64,000 nt of DNA, from NCBI RefSeq assembly GCF_004010195.1, contig NC_057719.1, positions 18,435,159-18,499,158 on the forward strand, read 5' to 3'. A program made the position numbers and the translations under genes. The stretch comes from Chiloscyllium plagiosum. Lineage: Eukaryota. How positions within the stretch are numbered: position 1 is the first letter of the stretch; every line of letters starts with the position of its first letter. Of the stretch, positions 25,496 to 38,211 are shown one piece after another. The notes beneath the pieces are model-generated. The model was not told the DNA's origin, made no database searches, and saw nothing but the letters and a program-made list of their open reading frames with translations.

Positions 25496-28407
25496 AAATA
25501 GCACAAAAAACTGTTTTGGAATGTATTGCCAACTTTCTTGTTTTATGCAATGACCATCTCACAACTGCATCATCGAAGTATCTTATGAATGAAGCCTTCT
25601 CGATAATCGAATGTTTAATAGATCAGAAACACACCCTTAACCTTATGAAGCCTTGCTGAGTGCTTCCACTCACAAAGACAGTGACTGGGAATAGTACCTT
25701 GTGTTTCTGTGCTCATACTGAATGGCCTAATACCTTTAGGTTGCAATGAATGCCCATCCAGAGTATACAGGGAAATGAGAGTAAATAGTGGTTCCTTTTT
25801 GATGTGATTTGGACTAGAACTGGGTGAAGGTTATACATCATCAGAGCTGAAAGGAATGGAATAGAAAGTGAAATAAATCAAGTATCACTTTGCCTATTTA
25901 CCTTTCTTGAAAAAGAACATTAACACTGTTTCTTTCTCCACCCATGCTGCCAAATGTGCTGGGTTTCTCTTGCATTTTCTTTTATTAATTTTAGATTACC
26001 ACCACCTGCATCATTTTGCTTTAACCTGTTATTCAGACTATGAATGGATCCATTCCTGAGCCTGAAGCCTATTCACATGGCAGCTAATCTGCTGTAATGG
26101 TCTCTGAGCTGGATTATAGCAGAATTTTGGAGAAACAGTTTTGTTGTTAGCTTTTCCAAAAGAACAATCAATCACTCCAGGGTAAGTTCCTGCCTTTGTG
26201 TTGTGAAGCAAATATTTCCTCCATACAAATGCATATGTGAAACTTTTGATTGTAGTTCTTTCTTTGTTTTGATGCCATTAAGCTAGGCTAGGTTTTACTG
26301 TAGGATACACTTGGTATCATGCAGTAATCATTCTCATTGAGATCCTTGGATTTCAGTGACAATATTTGCATTTTGCACTTTACATCTTGTTAATACTGAA
26401 GGCTGGAAAAAGATTCTGATTCAGATGTTGAATGTACAGCAAAATGTATTAGGAATATCACAGATTTTGCTCAGTCATTCAGAGCCCTGCTTAATCATTG
26501 GTGGTAGGTTATTCCACAAAGTGAATTGTACCGTTCCTCAAACTTAGATTTCATAGATGTAGGGTAAATTGCAACGGCATGTACGTGCAATCCTTTCTTG
26601 TTTACATTTCCCACCATCCCAAACATTGATGTCAGTCAGCGAAAGAGGGAAAATGAATAGAGAAAGAGCTAAGCATTCTGGTCCCAGATCTATTGATAAA
26701 GAGTCTGGAAGGGGATGGTGCTATCACTGGAGTTGTTGCTTTTATGGTGAGTGGGTGGGGGTGTGGTGGCGGGGGGGGGGGGGGGTGGGGTGGAGTGGGG
26801 ACCCAAACACTTTAGTTGAGTAGCCGGCCAATAAGAATGTCAGCGTTCAAAATCAGCCACTCTGGCATATAAACCATCCCGGCACATCAACCATCCCAAA
26901 TGATATGCTGATCGGTCAATGAATGCTGTAGTTCTGAGCTCTTGTGGCGATCCTGGCGGAAGGATGTTTGAGTGAAAAGCAAGGTAAACCAATGCACCTA
27001 ACTCTGCCTCACTTTTACCTGAATTGATGCTTCTTAACCCCATGCTCCATGGCAGGAATAGGCTTCCCCTGTCCATAGACATTCCAGATTAACATCTACT
27101 TCTCCCTTCCTCATTCTTGATGGTGCTCCATGATTGACGGCTGCTATGCATATCCCCTGCTTCCCAACCTAACTTTCTCCCCCTCAGCAGTATTATGATT
27201 GTGAGAGACTGTGCCCTTCGTCCTTCCCACAAACTGGGCATGGAAAGGAGGACAACCAAGGTTGAAAACCAGCCAACTACCAACTTCCAATTTGTATGAA
27301 TCTTGGATAATGTGCCATCAAGTGTGAATCAAAGTTAAACCCAACTCTTTCACAAAGCCTCCAAACCCTTCAATGATGATCGGGAGCTGGGGCATGTTCT
27401 TTCTCTCACTAGTTCTGCTTTTTGAGCAAAAAGGACACAAACTTTCTTTTTTTTATTAATTAGCTCTACTTTTTGCCACTTCATAATGGTATTTTTTATT
27501 GATTACTCCATTTTTAAAATTATAATTTATTGCTTTGATTTTGATTTTATTTTGCCCTTAATGTTGTTTATGCTTTATTCTTCTGTCAATTTTTTGTTGA
27601 AATTTATGTGCTGCCAAACCAGATCTCAGTCAGTTGCTGCTTGGTATCTTGCTGAATGGGAGATTCAGTAGAAGCCTGGTTGCTTTATGAAGGGATGGCT
27701 AAAGTGATTATGTTTGTTGCAATAGGATCTGGAAATATTGGAAATGTTCAGCAAGAGTGGCAGCATCTATGCAGCGAAAGATATAGGTCAGTGACACTTC
27801 ATCAGAACAAGTACAGATTGTGGACTGGAAGTATTAACTCTGTTTCCCTTTCCACAGGTGCTGCGTGGTCTGCTGAATATTTCCAGCATTTTCTGTTTAT
27901 ACTTCAGATTTCCACCATACGCCATACCATCTGCATCCTTGCCCTTTGTTTACATGCTCCATGCTGGGCATTTGTAAGTGTTGTTGGATTCAAGTTAAAA
28001 TGAGAAAATATTTATCACTCGTAGAAAGTGAATTTTTTCTGGTAGCAAATTCAAGTTTTTAGGATGTTGCTATCTCACTATTACATAGGGCCAGATTCAA
28101 AACAAGGCAGAGATGGTTGTATAATATGAACAATTAAGTTGTGCGTAGTTGACTGATAAAGCAGTGGTTGTAAACTGTATCATATTGAAACCTGAGCTGT
28201 TAATGGGTTTTATAAATAGAGACAAAGGATACAAAAGCCAAAAGCTATTGCTAAAGTTTTATAGAGCTATTTAACCCCACTGTGACTATTGTTCCCAGTT
28301 CTGGGCACCAAAAGGGTTTGACAGAGGTTTGAGAGATAAGGGGTCAGAAACAGGAAAAACACACAGGCTCAAGGTTTCTCTGTCTGGTGTTGCCTGTCTG
28401 GATTGTT

Positions 28408-28615
28408 TCGAGAGTGTGGTGCTGAAAAAGCACAGCAAGTCAGGCAGCATTCAAGGAGCAGTAGAATCGACGTTTTGGGCAATGATGATTCCTGATGAAG
28501 GGCTCTTTCCTGAAACGTTGACTCTCCTGCTCCTCGGATGCTGTCTGACCTGCTGTGCTTTTCCAGCACCACACTCTCGACTCTGATCTCCAGCAACTGC
28601 AGTCCTCACTTTCAC
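28408..28615. mobile_element. Palindromic Penelope pseudo-LTR mini-insertion
   Basis: Inverted arms around ctgatgaagggc...gaaacg; 15-bp TSD cctgtctgg(a/g)ttgtt at 28393-28407 and 28616-28630. Confidence 0.8.
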
Positions 28616-28739
28616 CCTGTCTGGGTTGTTGGTCAGTTTTGCATATTATTATTTATAACTCAAAACAGTTAGGCCATTCATGCTGCAAATGTGATGCATT
28701 AAAGGTATTGAAGATGCTGCTTTGAAGAAGGTGTCAAAC

Positions 28740-29015
28740 AAGGATGCCTTGAAGGGCTCATGCCCGAAACGTCGATTCTCCTGCTCCTTGGATGCTGCCT
28801 GACCTGCTGCGCTTTTCCAGCAACACATTTTCAGCTCTGATCTCCAGCATCTGCAGTCCTCACTTTCTCCTAATTGATTTTAACCTACCGCGAATCCTCT
28901 TACAAGGAGGCCTTCCTTGAAGAAGCTCTCTTCAGAAAGCTCATGCCCGAAACGTCGATTCTCCTGCTCCTTGGATGCTGCCCGACCTGCTGCGCTTTTC
29001 CAGCAATACATTTTC
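28740..29015 (+). mobile_element. Tandem Penelope pseudo-LTR insertion
   Basis: Two gctcatgcccgaaacgtcgattctcc units; 14-bp TSD agaaggt(g/a)tcaaac at 28726-28739 and 29016-29029. Confidence 0.8.
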
Positions 29016-29049
29016 AGAAGGTATCAAACCTCAAGGAGTGTGTCGGAGT

Positions 29050-29305
29050 TGTCTTTGCATCATTTGGAGAAGGGCAGCTGGAAACTTGGCAGATGCCCTG
29101 ACAAATATTTATTCTTTAATCACCATTTAAACAGATTATCTGGTCATTATTTTATTACTGTCTTTGGAATTGTGACATGCAAATTGTTTGCTACATTTCT
29201 TTTATTGAAACAGTGAATACATTCCAAAAATGCTTCACTGGTTGTGAACAATTTTGGGATGTCCTGGCATTTTAAAAGTCGCTATATAACTGCAATTATA
29301 TATTT
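29050..29305 (+). mobile_element. DeuSINE-like element, 3' part
   Basis: aaacagattatctggtcatta...tttgggatgtcctg...cgctatataactgcaa matches recalled Deu-domain and L2-like tail. Confidence 0.6.
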
Positions 29306-30059
29306 CTTTCTCATGTGAATTAGTGTCATTGATATATATTCTAATTGCCACAATCTAAAATATTGTGGTGCTACTAAAAACTCACTTCAAATGTTGTCTT
29401 TTCCAGAGAATACTTAGGCAGACTTCATCCGTAGAACAGCCAAAACCACTCAGCTACAAATCTATTAATCTGTGAGTCTACGCAGCCTCACTTTTCCTCT
29501 GCGCCTTGAATTATTGTGACAAAATGAGTTTGGGATCATAATTAACCAAATTTAATTTTAGCAGCATGGCATCGATTCTGATGAATTGAAAAAAATCGCA
29601 TCACTGTACAATTTGAAGAATCCTAAATTGACAAACAAGTCATCTAACCAGAATGCTGAAGCCCCTTTCAACACGAGTTAAACACAATTTACCTCACACC
29701 ATTACTTACGATGCAACCAAAAGATGATGAATTCAATGAGAATGTATTCCGCAAAGATCACTTTTGGGAGAAAATTCTACTTATCTTTTTACGTATATCT
29801 GAGGCAGACCCCATATCACTTAAAATCTAACTTGTGCCAGGTACCTTTCAGTTTATTTGGCTTTTTTTTTAAACCTGTTTTTTTTTTAATTTCTGTCTCA
29901 GTCCAGGTAGAGGGTGTGTGAGGGAGTAATGAATTCTCCCTGTTGCTAATTTCATAGAAAAAAATGTTAGTGTCAGCAGAAACTGGAATTTCCTGTTTTA
30001 AAATCAATCAATTGCTGGCAAGATCATTTTGTCTGACTGCTGCAAACTTGTCTTCAGTT

Positions 30060-30740
30060 GGGATCTGATTGTCTCAGTTGGCTGGACAGTTAGTTTATTT
30101 TGCAGTGGGATGCTAACAGTGTGAGTTCAATTCCCCAGTGGTTGAATTTGCTATGATGAACAAAGAACAGTACAGCACAGGGATTGGCTCTTTGACCCCC
30201 GAAGACTGCGTCGAAACATGACACCACTCCAAACTAAAAACGTTTTGCATCTATGCAGTCCACATCCTTACATTCCCTGCCTATTCATGTATCTGTCAAG
30301 ATACCTCTTAAACATTGCTATTGTATCCGCTTCTACTACCTCCAATGGTAGCACATTCCAGACAATTACCTCCCCCGTGTAAAAAAAGCTTGCCTCTCAC
30401 ATTTCCTTTAACCTTCCCAGCTTTTTCCGTAAACCTTAGTAATCAATATTTGTTCTCTGGGAAAATGATTCTGACTATCCATTCTATCCATGCCTCTCAT
30501 TATTTTATCAATCTCCATCAGGTTGCCTCTCAGCCTCTGACATTCAAGGGAAAACAAACCAAGTTTGTCCAATCCCTCCTCATAACTAATATCCTCAAAA
30601 CCAAGCAGCATCCTGGTAAATCTTTGCTGTATCCTCTCAAACTCTTCTTCTTAACTCCTCCCCTCACCTGAGGTGCGGTGATCCTCAGGTTAAACCAGCA
30701 AAAATTATCTCTCTCTGGTAAGAGACCAGCCCAACTGTAT
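30060..30740. mobile_element. tRNA-derived SINE (+) split by a CR1 3' fragment (-, ~30158-30640)
   Basis: SINE head ctcagttggctgga...gttcaattcc and body cctgaggtgcggtgatcctcaggttaaac (reverse copy at ~33085-33255); ORF 30408..30611(-) SYEEGLDKLGLFSLE. Confidence 0.7.
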
Positions 30741-30884
30741 TCTTTAGATACGAGAGCTGATAGATTGTCAGGCAACACCACTTACTGAAGATTGTTATAT
30801 TTGAATGCAACCCAAGAGCAATCTTTTATATTCTGATGGGCAGAGCTTATCAAATGGTATCAGTTAACTCTTTTTGGGGTGAAC

Positions 30885-31539
30885 TGCTGAAATAACTCCA
30901 CAGAGGCTGGTGTCCCATTACCAAGTCACCCTTTATTTACATGTGGGGACTCCTTGACACTGATCCGGTTCCCTCAGAGCCAGCTCTCAGAGTGAACAGG
31001 AAGGAGGAGAGTCCTTGCAAGTGCACACACACTCACACTGATCCAGCTCTCGAAAGGAAAACACCCGAGTGGCCAGTGACAAGCAGTGCCCTTGACATCA
31101 AAGGGCAATGAAAACTCCTGCTTATTTTTTTTTTAAATTAACCCCCACACTACTGCCTAACTGCGGTAGTGCTTATTTTTTCCCCAGCACCCATGGTGTG
31201 TGCGTGCAGGTGTGAGACACAGTGAGAGACACAAGGTGACACACCTGTCCTTTTTTTTTACTGCCCTTCACATCAAAGGGCAATGCACACCCCTGTTTTT
31301 TAATCTTTTTTTTCTTCTTTTTTTAACCCCCCCACTACCGCCTAACCGCAGTAGTGTTTATTTTTTCCCCAGCACCCATGGTGTGTGTGTGCAGGTGTGA
31401 GGCACAGTGAGAGACACCAGGTGACACACCTGTCCTTATCTGTCAGCCAGGGCTCTCTGATTGGACCAGATTAAGAGCCCCAATCAGTGAACTCATATGC
31501 TATGATGTCCACCTGGCTGACCTTGTTACAATCACTGCA
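30885..31539. mobile_element. Probable solo LTR (TG...CA) interrupted by two tandem ~170-bp units
   Basis: TG start and CA end; homology to 23329-23560; tandem units 31087-31250 and 31262-31435. Confidence 0.55.
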
Positions 31540-32069
31540 ATTGCCTATATTACACATTGTGATTAGACAGGGTCTGAACACTTAACTCTCAGCTTTAAAT
31601 GCTGGAATTATGTCACTGGAACATGATTGCAATCATTTCATTAATATTTTGGCTGTGTTGGGTAGGTGCTTGACATTGAGGCAAAAACAAGTCCAATAAA
31701 ATGTCACATGGCATTGAGGGGAAATAGCAGAGGAAGAACTCAAATGATCTGACACAAGGCTCAATATTTTCACAATGCCAGTTGTGGAAATTCAGTGCTG
31801 AAAAGGAAATATTATATAATTTAATTGGATTTCTTCCTGGAAACATGCATAAAACGGATAAGGCCCAATTAATCTTGGTTTGGTGTTGCATGGTTTTTGT
31901 GCCTGTGAAAGACATGTGCCGGTATTGAAATCTTTGGGGGTGAGCTGATTGGAGTTGCTCTGTTTTTCTGACAGCTCTTTAACATATGCATGCAGGTGCA
32001 GCTTTGTTGCACATATATTTAAGTGCTGTACTTGCGTATGCCAGGTAACGAATGTGTAAGGCAATATTA

Positions 32070-32460
32070 ACTTCTATTTATATTGCACCCTTAGCATGGT
32101 AAAACATCCTAATGTATTTCACAGAAGGATTATCAAGTAACATTTGATGACAGGTAAAGGTGTGTTAAGGACAAATGAATAAAGGTTTGGTCAAAGAGTG
32201 AGGTTTTAAAGAGTTTCTTGAGGGCGTGTTCGAGAGGCACAAAGGCTCAGGGAAGGAATTCCAGAGCTTAGTACCTTGGCAGCTGAAGGCATGGCAGAGT
32301 GGAGCAAAGTAAATATGCCGAAGAAACCATTTCTTTTGAAAGCTGCATATTTCTCACAGGGTTCACAGAGTTAGTTCAGAGAGGTAGGGAGTCCAGGAGA
32401 GAAAGAAAATTTTACATTTGAAACATTGCCAGACTAGAAGCCTCTTGAGATTAGCAGAAC
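32070..32460 (-). mobile_element. L2-type LINE 3' remnant
   Basis: ttggtcaaagag...ggttttaaag...gaattccagagcttag shared with ~51700-51970. Confidence 0.5.
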
Positions 32461-32959
32461 GATAGAAGAAATATACAGATAGATGTATTGGCAGTAGATT
32501 CGACAGACTGTCAGTTTATATTGTTAAATCCCTTCAGATTAGTAAGCTAATGCTGTGTGTGCTGAGGAATCCTTTTTATTTACATGTGTAAGTGCAGGTG
32601 CTTGAAAATTTCAAGTTCACGTGTTATTTCTGATGATGGTGTTTTTTTTTCCTGTTTACACCATTCCACTATTTAAATCAATTCTGCACTTACATCATGA
32701 TGCTGTTTATATCACTGTGTTGTTTATGTCACACTGCAGTCCTTACATCAATATCCCCATTATATTACTGTACTGTTTTGCGTAAGTGCACTGTTTATAT
32801 CACTGCATTGTTTACATTGTTTCACTGTTGACAACATATCACTGTTTACCTCACTCATTGATTCACCGAAGCATGAGTCAATGAGATACATTTCGACTTT
32901 AGTACATCTTCAGTGTCTCTTCACAGCTGTCATACATCCCTAAAAAGGCCCAAACATCA

Positions 32960-33850
32960 GAAAGAACATAAGAAGGCCATTTAGCACTTTATTCAGTATT
33001 CAGCAAGATCATGGCCAATCTGCCTGCTATCTCCATAGCCACATCTGTCCCATACCCCTTTTGTAGGGACATTGTCACTGCCTCACTCTCTCATGAATGG
33101 GCGATGACAGATGGAGAGTTTAACCTGAGGGTCACCACACCTCAGGTTAGGGGCATGGTGGAGAAGGTAGGACCTTCATGGTAACACCTGGCATGGGATT
33201 GATCCTGCACTATTGTGCATCACAAGCCAGCACCCAATGATTGAACTAACCAACCCCCTTTTCCGTATGAACTACCACAACCCCAACCCTTGGTTTACAA
33301 AAACCTCTCAGTTTCAGTTTTAAAATTGATAGCTGATTTGGCATAAATTATCATTCTCAACTTCTTTGTGTGAAGAAGTCTTTCCTAACTTTACTGCTGA
33401 AACATCAGGATCTTTTGGTATCCTGTGCAACCTAGGCCTCCACTCGCATCTCACGCTTACAGTTACTCTATCTGTTCCCCTCAATATCTTGAAGTTTTCA
33501 ATCAAATTGCCCACTAAATATTTAAATTTCAGGAAATACAATCCCAGTTTATTTAATTGGCCCCATTACCCGTTCTTCCCACCAGCTGCAAACACTGTCC
33601 CTTCCTTTCCCATCTTATATAGCTCGACAACTGGGTCATTCTGGTCAATCTGAACTGCACTTTCTCCAAGGTTGTTCCTAGGTTGTGATGCCTAGAACTT
33701 CTAACCCTTTGTGGCATCATCTTCTTGATACAATGGCCAGTGTTCCATTGTCCTTTTTCTCATTATTTTCCGGATCTCTTCACTATATTTTCATGACTGA
33801 TGTAGCTGTCCCCTTCCACCCATTTCCAAGTATCTTACAACTCCTGTGGC
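32960..33850 (-). mobile_element. Old CR1 3' fragment with nested SINE (~33085-33255)
   Basis: ORF 33320..33541(-) GNLIENFKILRGTDRV; aagaacataagaa tail. Confidence 0.55.
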
Positions 33851-35344
33851 TTCACATTTCAATCAATGTGAGATGTGAGAAAACAATGGTGAGCTGATCA
33901 TTCATCCCTCGATAGCACAACTGCATCAACTACCTCAACTGCACCATCACCTACAGTTAACATTTGAGAAGGAATTCATGATAAATGCACTGGAAACTCT
34001 TTTTACAAAGCCAGTGGAAAGCCTTCAGGGTTGAACTTTAAATAAGCAAATTAGGGACTTCTTTAATTCTTACTAAGTTGTTCAATGGGGCTGATGTTTG
34101 TCTGGAAACTCTTGGGTCCGACTCAAAATGGTATTGTACCTTTTGACTGGATAAGATCATGAAAGAACTCGCTGTTATTTTTAGAAAGAGTTAGTGACTG
34201 TCTGGATTTCATTTCCTTTTCTGAGCGCCAGCCATATTTGTGCATCTTTTTTTAACCATAAGAGACGCTGTTTCCGCTTCAACAACATTTCTTTGTGGTG
34301 TTTTAATCTGATTTTTTTCATTTCAAAAAAAGAATTAAAACTCAAGTTAAACACAGACAAACTCACACTGTTCAGCAGGAATAAAAACAGCAGCAGAAGC
34401 GCTGTGCTTTAAAGCAAAGGAGAAAGAGTGAGAACAGTTGGAAGCTGACTCCTGAAAGATTTGAGCTGTTTGCTGCCTTTAGTGCTTAATGATTGAAGAG
34501 TCTCCAACTTATCTCGATAACATGAGGGAATGTGCCTTCAGAGGGTCCCATGGGTGCTGAGACATTTGTCGATTTGCAAAAGTGCACCTGTTTTCTATTT
34601 CACAACAGCTGCAAAAAAAGAATTCTCTGGATTTTACAGATTTCATCAGATATAATTACTTGATTTGATTTTCTCTCCAAGAAACGTAAGAACTGAGATT
34701 GAGACTGCCCATTCATCTGTGTCCCCTTCCCTGTCCTCACTCCGGATCTGTATTCTTCCACTAACTGCCAGCTCCCAGATACTCGTTTCCCATGAGTTCC
34801 ATTCACTGCCCCCTCAACTCAATTCTGCTCACCCTGGCCCCAAAGTTAACTTAACTTACACCGTAAGTGGCTACGTCTGATCAGGAATGCTTGCCTGCTT
34901 TTCAAACAATCTTCGTCAGCCACTAATTCAATGGAATAATCACCTGTTTGCCACCTCTCTAACATTCTATTTCTCTCGAATGTCCTTGAGTTTATTGTTG
35001 CTTGACATATCCACGTTTATATTTCTTACTCATTGAATCTTGACAAGCACCGTACCAATGAAAAGACTCTAATCAATGAAATAAAATGACAGCTTACATA
35101 ACTATAATGCATTATCCCTCTTCACTTTTGTCAACCATTTCCTTTGCCTTTGATATCGGCCACAACACTATCTCTCTCTCATGCCTTTCTTCCATTATCC
35201 CCATTACCAACTTTTCTCCTTTGCTGCTTTACTGTCAGCCATTCTTTTGTCTGTCTAACTGTCTTTCTCTCACTCATGGGGACCCTGTCTCCATTTAGCC
35301 ACTCACCCCTTTTTCCCCCACCCCCATCATCAACACAAATGTGG

Positions 35345-35640
35345 GGAGGTGATTGCTTCAAGTATTATCGCTGGGGTGTTAATCAAAGCCACACTTAATG
35401 TCCTGGGCACCCAGGTTCAAATCCTCCCCTCGTGGAACTTCAATTTAATAAATGTCTGGAATTAAAGAGTCTGATGATGACAGTGAATCCATTGCTGATT
35501 GTCTGAAGAACCCATCTGCTTTACTATTTGTCCTTTGGGGAAGGAAACTACCGTCCTTACATAATGTGCATGTGACTCCAGATCCACAGGCAATAAATGC
35601 TGACCTAGCCAGTGATGCCCTTGTGCTGTGAATAAATAGT
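35345..35640 (+). mobile_element. tRNA-derived SINE (family of 4259-4580)
   Basis: ggttcaaatcc B-box; gaaggaaact...gtgactccagatccacag...aataaatgctg. Confidence 0.65.
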
Positions 35641-35759
35641 AAAAAACGTCTTTCCCTCGCTATTCTCAATTCTGAAGAAGGGTCACTGGACATGAAATGT
35701 TAACTTTGCTTTCTCTCCTGATGACAGACCTTGCTGACTTTCTGTTTTTGTTTCAGTGG

Positions 35760-36230
35760 AACTGCCTTTCATTGTTTCCATTTTTCCCTATCTAACCCTT
35801 GGATCAACAGGACCCATCAGGGCTGTCCTGCTTTCACACCTACTTACTGTCTCTTGGCAATATCATTCACGGGATCAACTTCCATTCTCAACACTGGCAA
35901 AACCACATGCACTTGCTCACGCCTGTCTTAATTTTTCCACTGCTCCTGCAACACCGTGATGTTTGCCCGTCATCTATTCTGGAATGAATCGCACTTTGCT
36001 CCAGGCAGACATGCAAATGGCCAAAGACATTGTGCTCCCATATCAAACTCTGCATCCTTGCGAGCAACTCCAACACCTACCGCAACCATTGTTGAAGATC
36101 CATCCAGACTGTTCAGAACCATATCAGTCCCTGAAGTAAACTTTCAGCGCCATCTCTTTACCATCACAAAGATCGCCGAAATCCAACTGTCTGACATTGC
36201 ATCGACTCTAAACTTTGCCCACTGCTATAT
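35760..36230 (+). mobile_element. Degraded L2-type LINE RT C-terminal remnant
   Basis: PEVNFQRHLFTITKIAEIQLSDIA resembles the recalled L2 motif PELSF..HI..ITK.A.F.L.NIA. Confidence 0.5.
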
Positions 36231-36677
36231 GAAATATATCAAATTTGCCAACAATGCTGCCAGACACAAATGATGCAATCTTTTTTAAAGAGGAGTTAAG
36301 GCAGCAGAATGCTGTCGGGAATGGGCTCTGAGGTTTTGAGTCATAGCCCATTGACATCTGAGCAATGTGACTTTCAGTGAACAAACTGTGGTGGTCTCAT
36401 TTGTGATACTGGATTTACCAAGGATCATTTAATTGCCGTGAACCCATCATTTTAAGAATGGGAGGAAATAACTTTGAAATGTCTCACAATTCATCAGCTC
36501 CATAGGCTGATCACCAAGCACACTAGGTATGAAAAAACTGGATCATTTGTTTCTTTTTAATATTTGTGTGAGCACTACTGGAAGGCAACGTATATCACTG
36601 AGAACTCACTGCTCTGAGAATGTGTCATTGGGGATCCTCCTTGATCTGTTGCAGTCCTTGTGATGGTACTCATAATG

Positions 36678-37160
36678 ATGTGGGGGTGGACAAAGTCACA
36701 CAACACCAGGATATAGTCCAACAGGTATATTTGGAAGCACTCACTTTCGGAGCGCTCCGAGAGCTTGTGCTTCCAAATATACCGTTGGACTATACGTCGA
36801 GAGTGTGGTACTGGAAATGCACAATAGGTCAGGCAGCATCCAAGGAACAGGAGAATCAACATTTTCGGGCATAAGCTCATCATCAGGAATGAGACTTATG
36901 GGCCGGGGGGAGCCAAGAGTTGACTGGGGCATGTGTGACAGGTAGATGGAGGTGGGGGGGAAAGGGTGTCTCCCACCAGCCCACAAGCCTCATTCCTGAT
37001 GAAGGGCTTATGTCTGAAACATTGACTCTCCTGCTCCTCGGTTGCTGCCTGACCAGCTGTGCTTTTCCAGCATCACCCTCTCGACTCTGATCTCCAGCAT
37101 CTGCAGTCCTCACTTTCTCCTATTGGACTATAACCTGGTGTTGTGTGATTTTTAACTTGA
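36678..37160. mobile_element. Palindromic mini-element hosting a second palindromic Penelope pseudo-LTR insertion (36795-37122)
   Basis: Outer arms tcacacaacaccagg / cctggtgttgtgtga with TSD tactcataatg (36667-36677, 37161-37171); inner TSD ttggactata (36785-36794, 37123-37132). Confidence 0.8.
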
Positions 37161-37493
37161 TACTCATAATGTTAGCTCTCAAGGAGGGTATTTGGGGATT
37201 TTGACCTAGAGACAATGAGGGGACATCACTCTCATGTTAGAAGATGTTATGACTCCTGTATTTTCACGGAAAGATGTTGTGAGAAGGGGACCAGGTGCAA
37301 GGGATGTCAGAAGAAAAGAGCAGAGTATCACAAAAGGAAATGGTCCTTTTGGAAAGCTGAAGTGAGAGGGAAGAGAAAATGTGTTTGATGGTGGCAACTT
37401 TTAACAATGTTGATTGAAGCCAAGAAACTGAGGAGAATGTCCTTAATCTTCTTCGGAATAGTGTTTTGTGACCACCTGGTATCCATATATAGT

Positions 37494-37690
37494 CAAAAAC
37501 AGAAATTGCTGGAAACACTCAGCAGGTCTGGCAGCATCTGTGGAGAGAAATCAGAGGTAACATTTCTGGATTATGAGGAAGGTCACTCGACCCAAAACAT
37601 TAACTCTGATTTCTCTCCACAAGTGCTGCCAGACTTGCTGAGCTTTTCCAGCAATTTCTGTTTTTGTTTCTGATTTCCAGCATCCATGTA
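37494..37690. mobile_element. Palindromic Penelope-type pseudo-LTR mini-element (second family)
   Basis: caaaaacagaaattgctggaaa / tttccagcaatttctgtttttg arms around a degenerate tgaggaaggtcactcgacccaaaac core. Confidence 0.7.
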
Positions 37691-37790
37691 GAGTTTTGGT
37701 TTCAAGTTTTATCTGAAAGATTGCAGAATGGATTTTCATTCCTGAGACAGATAGCATGTGTGAGGAAATTTCCTATTTTGCCACACCCAT

Positions 37791-38186
37791 TGTATAGAAT
37801 GGGAAAATAGGCTGGGGAGGTTAATAATGATATTTGACCACTGCATGATCTTGAATGAATCCTGTGAACATTTCTTTACGGGCCCACAATGGTTTTTCTG
37901 AAGCTGCTTTTCTGTACTGGCTGTTTGTTACACTGTATAAGAGAGAGACTGTTTCATTCCAAGTGTTGGATTTTACCTTGGGCCAGGATCGCGAATGGTG
38001 CTTGGAATGAACCTAATCCTCCAGGGTCACCGACAGGCAGGACGGCGAATTGCTATTGTCGAGTCTTCGCGTAATCACATTTAACCGAATCTGAAAAGAT
38101 GGACAGGTTGGACTGAAGGGTCTGTTTCCATGCCGTACATCTCTATGATTCTATAACTGTTTGGATACACTCTGCGATCCAAGATA
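37791..38186 (+). repeat. ERV 5' LTR (contains a ~58-bp CR1 tail insertion at ~38098-38155 and a deletion)
   Basis: Starts TGTATAGAAT, ends gatccaagaTA; 14 mismatches to the 3' LTR over the first 93 nt by manual count. Confidence 0.9.
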
Positions 38187-38190
38187 TTTT

Positions 38191-38211
38191 AGGTGAGGAA
38201 GATGGGATTCG
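38191..38211 (+). promoter_or_regulatory. Primer-binding site, complementary to tRNA-Ser(GCU)
   Basis: aggtgaggaagatgggattcg vs recalled complement TGGCGACGAGGATGGGATTCG (17/21), just after the 5' LTR. Confidence 0.65.

Noticed and set aside
26750..26800. G-run / potential G-quadruplex
   Set aside because: Simple homopolymer of uncertain length with no supporting context.
28393..29029. CRISPR-like repeat-spacer array or true MITEs
   Set aside because: Vertebrate DNA with no regular spacing; the repeat is the pseudo-LTR attached to a GIY-YIG ORF at 61572-62008 and TSD lengths vary.
32680..32860. Degenerate ~16-nt periodicity (actgtttatatcactg)
   Set aside because: Looks like an ordinary decayed minisatellite with no further structure.
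34181..34366. Lys/Arg-rich coiled-coil-like minus-strand exon
   Set aside because: Composition is explained by T-rich DNA; no convincing splice sites or homology.
35756..36273. Host coding exon after a ttgtttcag acceptor
   Set aside because: The acceptor-like tract is the end of a PLE pseudo-LTR; downstream sequence resembles decayed L2 RT with frameshifts.
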